This document shows, in pieces, positions 1 to 7,279 of a stretch of DNA of 34,368 bases. The notes beneath the pieces were generated by a model. It saw nothing but the letters and a program-made list of their open reading frames with translations. It was not told the origin of the DNA and did no database searches. A program made the translations under genes and the position numbers. This stretch comes from Parcubacteria group bacterium M10-OD1-1 (GTDB taxonomy: Bacteria > Patescibacteriota > Minisyncoccia > Moranbacterales > UBA2206): contig LSNL01000002.1 of NCBI GenBank assembly GCA_003056145.1, positions 1 to 34,368 of the forward strand. The letters run 5' to 3'. The first letter of the stretch is position 1. Each line of letters starts with the position of its first letter.

Positions 1-185
1 TAGTTATGGGAAAGATTGTTAGATAGGGGATTTTAATAAGTTTAATAGAATCTTTATTGTTTTAGAAACATTTTAAAAAATGTATTATAAAGGCTTAAAA
101 GATCAAACATAAAATTTCAAGGGTGATATTCTTAGTTTCAGAGATTTTTCAAGAGTACATAAATGCACTACGTATGTTAAATTTG

Positions 186-920
186 TTACATTTCCAAACT
201 TTCCCAACTCATCATAAAAATACTTTTTAGTGTTGTGTGTAGAGTTTCGCTCTCAATAATAAGACCCATATTTTCTTTGAAGGAGACAATTCCTATTTTG
301 TTTTTGCCGTATAAATCAATCTCCACTTTTATGGGAAATTTTTGAGCATCAATTATTCTTGTTTGGCGAAGAGATTCTCCTTCTACTTTTTTATATTCCC
401 GTATTTCAGGAGTGTCGGGAGCAATAGCCTTTACCCATATTTTATTTTTTACCCTCTGAGGAACATAATAATCAATAAAATCTTTTCCTAATGTTTCAAA
501 AGCTTCTTCTGAAACCCACGCCAGTATTTCTTGTTTTTTATAATTCAAAAAGTCGCGATAAACGGTTTTAATTCCTTCTGAACCTTCATAGAAAGTTATT
601 TTAGGTTTTTTATCTAAAAAATTAGACATTGCCAACAACTCGGGAACGATTGAATCAAACATGTTTTTCTTTTCTTCTATCTTTTTTCCAATAGATCTTG
701 GATCTTCTGCATAAAAATACTGTTTCTTTCCCTTTTTTAAAGAATTAACAAACCCTTTTTCTTTTAAAGACTCAATAACTAAATAAACCGTTGTTCTTTT
801 TAACTTGGATTTTTTAGCAATCTCTGCAATAGTGGCTTCTCCTAATTCCAATAAAGCCAAATAAGTTTTTGTTTCTTTTTCCGAAAACCCTATATTATTT
901 TTCAATTGTTCATCTAACAT
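186..920 (-). CDS. TrmB-family transcriptional regulator (N-terminal wHTH, C-terminal effector-binding domain)
   Basis: GFSEKETKTYLALLELG...IAKKSKLKRTTVYLVIESLKEKG wHTH; PKITFYEGSEGI linker; 244-aa TrmB type common in CPR. Confidence 0.88.
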   Translation of the reverse strand: MLDEQLKNNIGFSEKETKTYLALLELGEATIAEIAKKSKLKRTTVYLVIESLKEKGFVNSLKKGKKQYFYAEDPRSIGKKIEEKKNMFDSIVPELLAMSNFLDKKPKITFYEGSEGIKTVYRDFLNYKKQEILAWVSEEAFETLGKDFIDYYVPQRVKNKIWVKAIAPDTPEIREYKKVEGESLRQTRIIDAQKFPIKVEIDLYGKNKIGIVSFKENMGLIIESETLHTTLKSIFMMSWESLEM

Positions 921-984
921 TGTTTTGTCGTTAATTATGTCAACAGTTGTAGTGTACTATATACCCTTGTTTTAAGCAATAAAT
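860..984. repeat. 125-bp direct repeat, copy 1 (trmB upstream region plus first 20 codons)
   Basis: Matches 1118-1242 except A917 vs G1175 (manual alignment, offset 258). Confidence 0.95.
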
Positions 985-1076
985 AACTCTTTCATATATC
1001 GCGTAATTGTGTTTTTGAATTTATTATTAGTACAGAGAATGTCTATCCGCTAAGAGTTGGCTTACTAAAAGAGAGT

Positions 1077-1178
1077 TTAGGAAAAAGGTAGCTGAAACTT
1101 AAAGTTCTTTAAAAAATAATAAGTTTTTGTTTCTTTTTCCGAAAACCCTATATTATTTTTCAATTGTTCATCTAGCAT
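1077..1178 (-). pseudogene. Truncated duplicate of the trmB 5' end (33 aa)
   Basis: Reads MLDEQLKNNIGFSEKETKTY, identical to TrmB 1-20, then the unrelated YFLKNFKFQLPFS-stop. Confidence 0.7.
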
Positions 1179-1242
1179 TGTTTTGTCGTTAATTATGTCA
1201 ACAGTTGTAGTGTACTATATACCCTTGTTTTAAGCAATAAAT
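1118..1242. repeat. 125-bp direct repeat, copy 2
   Basis: Matches 860-984 with one mismatch. Confidence 0.95.
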
Positions 1243-1284
1243 TACGATAATTGGTAGTATATGGGTGTATATTTGACATCAATA

Positions 1285-1313
1285 TTGACATAACGCCATT
1301 TATCTGTTAAGAT
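1285..1313 (+). promoter_or_regulatory. sigma70-like promoter for the 1390 gene
   Basis: TTGACA-17bp-TAAGAT with extended -10 TG; leader hairpin about 1330-1357; SD GAGGAGG 5 nt before the ATG. Confidence 0.7.
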
Positions 1314-1389
1314 TTGACTTAGTAAATGAGGTTTCGGATAAAAAGTACCTGAAACCAAAAAGTTTTTTTAAAAAAAAGAGGAGGATATT

Positions 1390-1899
1390 ATGAAAATTTT
1401 AGTCATTGATGACAACACCCGGAATCTGGAGGCTGCTGTAGAGCAGTTTCCAGATGTCGACATCACCACTGTCGACTCAGTAGAGTTGGCAGTGGAATTA
1501 CTAGCAGGGAAAAAATCAGTTTTTTCCCCGCGGGAACCCAAAACCAGGTATGATGTGGTCTTAATTGACCTCAACATGCCAGCTAGTTTTTTGTCTGTTG
1601 GAGTAAGTCCAGCAGGCAAAAAAAAGGAGGGGGAATTATCCCCTGTTGGAATGTTTTTAGTATTCTTGGCTGCCCGAAACGGCGCCAAGAAAATTGTCAT
1701 GCTGACCGATTCAGGTCACCATAATGACCCGTCCAGTGCAATGATTGACCTGGTCTCATCAGAGGATCTCAAGAAAATCAAAACGTTTTCGCTGGATGGA
1801 GCCACAGTTGTTTTAACAAACAACTGTGGCCTGATTATCCGAACCCCTGGCGGGGAGAGGGTAAAAGACTGGAAAACCGCTCTCTCCTTATGTGTTTAG
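1390..1899 (+). CDS. Stand-alone atypical response-regulator receiver (REC) domain protein
   Basis: MKILVIDD start; YDVVLIDLNMP phospho-acceptor motif; insertions and an MLTDSGHH motif; no output domain; GC clearly above flanks (48% in one counted 60-nt line). Confidence 0.75.
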   Translation: MKILVIDDNTRNLEAAVEQFPDVDITTVDSVELAVELLAGKKSVFSPREPKTRYDVVLIDLNMPASFLSVGVSPAGKKKEGELSPVGMFLVFLAARNGAKKIVMLTDSGHHNDPSSAMIDLVSSEDLKKIKTFSLDGATVVLTNNCGLIIRTPGGERVKDWKTALSLCV

Positions 1900-1946
1900 A
1901 GAGTAGTTCATTAAAGTGAGTAAGATTGTTCTCTTACTCACACAGC

Positions 1947-1988
1947 AAACCGCTATACTTAGTTCAAGTATAGCGGTTTTTTATTTTA
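1947..1988 (+). terminator. Intrinsic terminator
   Basis: AAACCGCTATACTT-agttc-AAGTATAGCGGTTT perfect 14-bp stem plus T-rich tract; a second hairpin (GTGAGTAAGA/TCTTACTCAC) lies at 1916-1941. Confidence 0.85.
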
Positions 1989-2070
1989 ATTAACGCAAAA
2001 AAGCCGGTATATTTTTTAGATAATTAAAAATCCCTTTTAGGAAGGGATTAAATGCGTTTGATTGAAAATA

Positions 2071-2113
2071 AAATAAAAAAAATTGCCAGACCGTTTATTG
2101 AAAACAGTCTGGC
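2071..2113 (-). terminator. Intrinsic terminator of dapB
   Basis: Minus strand GCCAGACTGTTT-tcaat-AAACGGTCTGGC followed by a T-tract. Confidence 0.8.
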
Positions 2114-2138
2114 GATGTGTAGCTCGTTAATTTTGGGA

Positions 2139-2951
2139 CTAGAAATCATTCAGTCCCAGGACATCGAACATGGTGTACAAGCCGTTCGGCTTGGCCACGA
2201 TCCAGTCGGCGGCCAAGGTGGCGCCCCGGGCGAAGTTGTCTCGATTGTGAGCCCGGTGAGTAATCTCAATTCGTTCGCCGGCCCCGGCAAAGTAGACCGT
2301 ATGCTCGCCGACGATATCTCCGGCTCTGATGGACTGGATGCCGATCTCCTGGTCCGTCCGCTCGCCGATTATGCCGTGGCGCTCAAACACTCCGACGCTC
2401 GACAGTTTTCGGTTCAGGGCGGTTGCTGCCATTTCACCGAGTTTCAGGGCTGTGCCTGAGGGCGCGTCTTTTTTCATACGGTGATGAGTCTCGACGATCT
2501 CCACGTCATAGGCATCGCCCAGAACGGCCGCTGTCTTGGCGACGAGCTTGAATAGGACATTGACGCCGATGGACATATTGGGTGCCTGGACACAGGTGAA
2601 GTTTTTCTCGGCCAGTTCTGCTAGGATAGCAAGGTCATATGGGGTCAGTCCAGTGGTACCAATAACCATGGCTCGTCCATACTCGCTTGCAATACGGGCA
2701 AATCCTATAGTGGCTGTGTGAAAGGTGAAGTCAATGATGACATCACCCTGATTGATAACCGATTCCAGGCTGGCGGCAATAATCACTCCAGTGGTGCCGA
2801 AACCGGCGTTTTCGCCAACATCCCGTCCTACTGCCGGATTATCCTGATGCTCAAAAGCGGCGGTCAGCTGGAGATTAGGATTCTTCTGCACCATTAAGCT
2901 GATGCGCTTACCCATACGTCCATCAGCACCAGCAATAATTACTCTGGTCAT
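2139..2951 (-). CDS. dapB: 4-hydroxy-tetrahydrodipicolinate reductase
   Basis: GADGRMG nucleotide-binding motif, IDFT, IGTTG, APNMSIG, catalytic ETHHRMKKDAPSGTA, GEHTV, FARGA. Confidence 0.97.
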   Translation of the reverse strand: MTRVIIAGADGRMGKRISLMVQKNPNLQLTAAFEHQDNPAVGRDVGENAGFGTTGVIIAASLESVINQGDVIIDFTFHTATIGFARIASEYGRAMVIGTTGLTPYDLAILAELAEKNFTCVQAPNMSIGVNVLFKLVAKTAAVLGDAYDVEIVETHHRMKKDAPSGTALKLGEMAATALNRKLSSVGVFERHGIIGERTDQEIGIQSIRAGDIVGEHTVYFAGAGERIEITHRAHNRDNFARGATLAADWIVAKPNGLYTMFDVLGLNDF

Positions 2952-3028
2952 TTTTTACCTCCCTTATTGCTCACTATTTGTGAGTCGTTAAATTGGTAAG
3001 TTTTCTGACACCCGTTGCCAGAAAGTTT

Positions 3029-3057
3029 ATACTACTAAGCATTTTGTCTCTTGTCAA
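3029..3057 (-). promoter_or_regulatory. sigma70-like promoter for dapB
   Basis: TTGACA-17bp-TAGTAT on the minus strand; leader hairpin 3002-3024; SD TAAGGGAGGT at 2957-2966. Confidence 0.7.
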
Positions 3058-3446
3058 ATGATTGTACATAATAACCATCCCGAAATAATCCTATTAAGCT
3101 TTATAAAAATAATAAAAAGAAACTTTTATATAGCTACTTTAAGTTTAAAATAAAATTATATAATTTTGGTGGCAATCTATTTTTCTTGGCATTTATTTTT
3201 TAGATAATTTAGCAAAAATTTCCGCTTTGCTACAGTTTTTAATAATTATAACTAGGACTTTCGACGATAGATAGAATTCAGTGCGACTTTTTCCTCGAGG
3301 GAAAATAAGTTGATAGTAGCTGGATAAACGGTTAGAAATTGTGCTATTATATAGTTAATAATAATGATCATTCAAATCTTGGTTAGTCGTTTAATAGAAA
3401 AGAAAAAGTTTTAAAAATATAACTTCAAACCTTAATATATATCAAA

Positions 3447-4241
3447 ATGAAATTAATAAGTTTCAATATTGGGATTAAAATTGATAACTCCAAAGAGATA
3501 GGAAATTTTATCAAATCACAAGATGCAGACATAGTTGCGTTTCAAGAAATTATAAAACATTTTAATGAATCTGTTTTTGAGATATATAAATCCAAAAAAC
3601 ATATCGAAGAAATTATTGGCAAGAAATTACCTTATTCTTTTTTTGGTCCACAATGGATAGCCGATGCAATGAGAAAAAATGGAAAGATGCATCGCGATTT
3701 TAATGGTTTTATAGAACAAGGAAATGAAATAATTTCAAAATTCCCAATTTTAAAGGCTACTAATGAATTTTATTATAAACATTATTCCTTAGAATTAGAA
3801 TGGGCAAATTTTCATACTGAAGATCATCCAAGGTGTGTTCAAATTGTGGAATTGAATGTTAATAATAAAAATTTGCAAATTCTTAATTTACATGGTTTAT
3901 ATTCCAAAGATAAGCAAGACAGTAAGAGAACTCTTAATCAGTGTAAATATATTCTTGAAGCTGCTAAAAGAAAAAATATTCCAACAATTATTGTAGGAGA
4001 TTTTAATTTGTTTCCCGAAACAAAAAGCATTGGAATATTAAATAAAAAATTCAGAAATTTAATTGATGAATACAAAATCAAATCCACAAGACCTACTTTT
4101 GATGACGAAACCGATAAAAGAAATAATGTAGTTGATTACATTTTTGTAAATGATAAAATTAAGGTGAATAATTTTGGAGTTATCATTACCAATATTTCCG
4201 ACCATCTTCCTTTGATTCTAGATTTTGATATATTAGATTAA
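3447..4241 (+). CDS. Endonuclease/exonuclease/phosphatase (EEP) family protein
   Basis: SFNI, DIVAFQE, NLHG, GDFN, DYIF and SDHLP motifs. Confidence 0.92.
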   Translation: MKLISFNIGIKIDNSKEIGNFIKSQDADIVAFQEIIKHFNESVFEIYKSKKHIEEIIGKKLPYSFFGPQWIADAMRKNGKMHRDFNGFIEQGNEIISKFPILKATNEFYYKHYSLELEWANFHTEDHPRCVQIVELNVNNKNLQILNLHGLYSKDKQDSKRTLNQCKYILEAAKRKNIPTIIVGDFNLFPETKSIGILNKKFRNLIDEYKIKSTRPTFDDETDKRNNVVDYIFVNDKIKVNNFGVIITNISDHLPLILDFDILD

Positions 4242-4355
4242 AAAAGTTTGAAGTTATAAAAATAATATTTTTTTACCTTAATTTCAATTTGAGCTAAAGT
4301 TAAGAAAACACCCGCAGACTATTTAATTTGTTATCTCATAATATGAACAAATAAT

Positions 4356-5615
4356 ATGAACAAAAAAATTTTAATAATTGGAATAGCATTTTTCGTAACG
4401 GCTATTATAACTATGGCAGTAGTATTATTTCTTTTTTCTTATCAACCAGCCCAAACACCGCAAACAGAGGATGTTGGTTTAACGCAACAAGGAATTCAGG
4501 AAGTTGTAAGGGCTAATAATCAATTTGCTTTTGATTTATACTCTAAATTAAGTAAATCAAAACAAGGAAATATATTCTATTCGCCCTATAGTCTCTCTGC
4601 TGCTTTGGCAATGACTTATGAAGGGGCTAGGGGTCAGACAGCTAAGGAAATAAAATCTGTTTTTCATTTTCCTAAAAGTAATATTTTAAGATCTAATTTT
4701 GCTACAATTCAAAATGGAATAAATAAAGAAAATAAATTTTATAAATTAAAAACAGGAAATGCTTTATGGGCTCAATATAATTATCGGTTTCTTAAAAATT
4801 ACACAGACAGAGTAAAAAAATACTATGGGGGTAAGGTAGTTAATCTTGATTTTAAACAAGAAACTGAAAAATCAAGACAGACAATTAATTCATTCATTGA
4901 GAAACAAACTAACAATAAGATTAAAAATTTAATCCCAGCTGGAGTTCTTAGTTCAATGACAAAATTAGTTATTACGAATGCAATTTATTTTAAAGGAAGT
5001 TGGAAATGGGAATTTGATAAATCTAAAACTTCTGAACAGGATTTTAAGATAACTCCTACAAAGGTTGTAAAAACTCCTATGATGTATATGAAGCCAGATA
5101 AAGTCAGATTTGATTACGCTAAGATTAAAGGTTTACAAATTTTGGAGTTGCCTTATAAAGGTGAAAAAATTTCTATGTTGATATTATTACCAACGAATAA
5201 TCTTAATTCCATAGAATCTTCTTTAACTGTCAGAAAGCTTAATGAATATAAAGCTCAAATGAAAGAAACAAAATTAGATTCAATTTCGCTCCCTAATTTT
5301 AGTTTTAATAGTAAATATTTTATGAAAGGAATATTGAGTGCTATGGGTATGCCAACTGCTTTTGGTAATGCTGATTTTTCAGGTATGGATGGAACAAAAA
5401 ATTTACAAATTAGTCAAGTTATCCATCAAGCTTTTATAAAAATTAATGAAAAAGGAACAGAAGCCGCAGCTGTAACAGCAGTTACAATGAAAAACTCAAT
5501 GGTTATGTCAAGGAACATTTTCAGAGCAGACCACCCATTTATTTTTATAATTCAGGAAAAAGGAACGGGCAATATTCTGTTTATGGGACGAGTTATAGAC
5601 CCAACTAAACAGTAA
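4356..5615 (+). CDS. Serpin-family serine protease inhibitor with N-terminal membrane anchor/signal
   Basis: NNQFAFDLY, NIFYSPYS, NAIYFKGSW, hinge EKGTEAAAVT, FRADHPFIF..ILFMGRV; hydrophobic residues about 5-28. Confidence 0.96.
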   Translation: MNKKILIIGIAFFVTAIITMAVVLFLFSYQPAQTPQTEDVGLTQQGIQEVVRANNQFAFDLYSKLSKSKQGNIFYSPYSLSAALAMTYEGARGQTAKEIKSVFHFPKSNILRSNFATIQNGINKENKFYKLKTGNALWAQYNYRFLKNYTDRVKKYYGGKVVNLDFKQETEKSRQTINSFIEKQTNNKIKNLIPAGVLSSMTKLVITNAIYFKGSWKWEFDKSKTSEQDFKITPTKVVKTPMMYMKPDKVRFDYAKIKGLQILELPYKGEKISMLILLPTNNLNSIESSLTVRKLNEYKAQMKETKLDSISLPNFSFNSKYFMKGILSAMGMPTAFGNADFSGMDGTKNLQISQVIHQAFIKINEKGTEAAAVTAVTMKNSMVMSRNIFRADHPFIFIIQEKGTGNILFMGRVIDPTKQ

Positions 5616-5793
5616 ATTTTCTGTATCTTTTTTGGTTTTGTTATAAAAAAACTTCTTGCATAGTTAGTCGTATAGGTAATACAAAGAAGAAACAGAAAAA
5701 GTAATTTACAAAAAAGATTGATGAGCTTGAATTTTAGAGAATTTAATCACTAAAAAATTTATAATAATTAGTAATTAAAATAGCGGAGTAATC

Positions 5794-5823
5794 TTTACAA
5801 AAAAAACAATGCGTGCTTATAAT
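5794..5823 (+). promoter_or_regulatory. sigma70-like promoter for the 5909 gene
   Basis: TTTACA-18bp-TATAAT; inverted repeat TTAACACAAA-a-TTTGTGTTAA at 5855-5875; SD AAGGAG. Confidence 0.6.
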
Positions 5824-5908
5824 AAAGAGTGTTGTTTAAAAATTAGATAGAGGCTTAACACAAAATTTGTGTTAAAAAATTAGAACTTTTATAAAGGAGA
5901 ATTTTAAA

Positions 5909-7141
5909 ATGAATTATTTTTATGAACTTTTTTTTTGGTTGGTTGCGGTTTTTCTAATATTATTAATTTTTGTTGTTAACAAATATGGTGATGGATTGTT
6001 TGGATTTTTACAAAGATGTATGTTAGCTATAGTTGATTGGAGGACTATACGGAGGAAAATATTAGGTCAACCTACTCTAGATGTAGTGTTTATTTCCAAT
6101 ATGCGACATTCAGGAGACAAGAAAATTTATCTTGGTAGTTATGTTCCTCCAGAAGGACATTTCAATGGTCCTAGAATAGTTTTTCAGAATATGCTTGGGC
6201 GAACTAGAGCATTAAATGTTTTGGCTTCGGACTTGTATCACAAATCTATGAATCATATGAAGACTACTCGGAGAATAAGTAGAAAATATTATCTAAGCGC
6301 TTGTCAATGGGCTCAAAAAAATGGAGCTCAAGTAATTTTATCAGGAGCTAGCTTAAAAGAACTTTTTGGCAGAGATGTTAAAGAGGCTAAAAAGCAATTT
6401 CCAAAGTTGCTTTTTACTAAAGGAGATAATGGAACAATAATTTTGTTTTGGCGACAATGTCAAAAATCTTTTGAATTAGCAGGTCTTTCTACAAAATCTA
6501 GAATTGGATTTTTATGTCCATATAATACAAACGGGAAAGGAATTATGAATTTTCTTGTTAAAGATGGCTATAGCAATGTGGTCCTTTTTGGTAGTAAACC
6601 TAAGGCAGTAGAAAAAGTTTCTCGAGAAACTGGATTTCCATTTGTTTTTTCTTATGCTGAGATGGGAGAGGTGGACGCTTTAATTTGTTGTTCTCATTCT
6701 CAAGATGTCCAATTGAAAGACAATGATATTCAAAATCTTCGCAAAAAAAATAAAAAATTATTAATTCTTACAGTTGCTCAACCTCCAAATCCTGAATATT
6801 CTATTTATGAAAAATGTCAAAACGATGTAATAGTAATTAGTACCGGAAATGGATATTCCAGCCAGCAGAAATATATTTTGGGTGATGTAGCAGCAGGATT
6901 ATTTGGTTTTGCTAACCAACATTTTAATTTCGGTTGTTATTTGGAGGCTATTTCACTGGCCTATATTTTAAAAAATAAGATTACTAAATATGGCGATCCG
7001 TATCAAATTAATTGGTTTGAAACCAATGAAGAGAATATGTTATTTATAGAAAGAATTTTTAATGACATTGGAATCAGTCCGTTTCCAATGGCTTCTTATT
7101 CTAAAATTAATAATAAAAATTCTCTTTATTTGAGTCAATAA
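5909..7141 (+). CDS. Membrane-anchored acyl-ACP reductase-like (COG5322/WAX2-C-like) NAD(P)-binding-fold protein, divergent
   Basis: Ordered motifs resemble AAR: ILSGAS, FTKGDNGT (TTGN-like), degenerate Rossmann LCPYNTNG, TVAQPPN (DVAxPxN-like), FGCYLEAI (FACFAEAM-like catalytic Cys); N-terminal TM helix. Confidence 0.55.
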   Translation: MNYFYELFFWLVAVFLILLIFVVNKYGDGLFGFLQRCMLAIVDWRTIRRKILGQPTLDVVFISNMRHSGDKKIYLGSYVPPEGHFNGPRIVFQNMLGRTRALNVLASDLYHKSMNHMKTTRRISRKYYLSACQWAQKNGAQVILSGASLKELFGRDVKEAKKQFPKLLFTKGDNGTIILFWRQCQKSFELAGLSTKSRIGFLCPYNTNGKGIMNFLVKDGYSNVVLFGSKPKAVEKVSRETGFPFVFSYAEMGEVDALICCSHSQDVQLKDNDIQNLRKKNKKLLILTVAQPPNPEYSIYEKCQNDVIVISTGNGYSSQQKYILGDVAAGLFGFANQHFNFGCYLEAISLAYILKNKITKYGDPYQINWFETNEENMLFIERIFNDIGISPFPMASYSKINNKNSLYLSQ

Positions 7142-7164
7142 AAATTAAAGTGAATGCTATTCAT

Positions 7165-7207
7165 AGGCTACTTGATCTGAAAGGAGAAAGTAGCTTTTTA
7201 TTTTTTT
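7165..7207 (+). terminator. Probable intrinsic terminator
   Basis: AGGCTACTT...AAGTAGCTT stem followed by a T-rich tract. Confidence 0.6.
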
Positions 7208-7279
7208 AAATATTTAGTATATAATAAAAGTAGATAATTTCTATAAATGGGTTACATATTTAAAGGAAAATTAAAGTAA

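Noticed and set aside
860-1242. CRISPR array, IS ends or DGR template/variable repeat as an explanation for the 125-bp repeat
   Set aside because: Only two long direct copies with a single mismatch at a gene 5' end; no cas, transposase or reverse transcriptase in the window
1368-1700. 110-aa minus-strand ORF
   Set aside because: Antisense to the receiver gene, which has the promoter, SD and terminator
2052-2721. Plus-strand ORFs 2052-2459 and 2536-2721
   Set aside because: Antisense shadows of the high-GC dapB; no motifs or RBS, and one crosses the dapB terminator
2952-3028. Lysine riboswitch or T-box upstream of dapB
   Set aside because: The leader is only about 70 nt with two small hairpins, far shorter than these elements and lacking their motifs
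3246-3337. Possible integron attC site (TTATAAC...GTTAGAA around a central TTTCCTCGAGGGAAA hairpin)
   Set aside because: The outer arms do not pair, the cores do not fit RYYYAAC/GTTRRRY, and there is no integrase or repeated attC in the window
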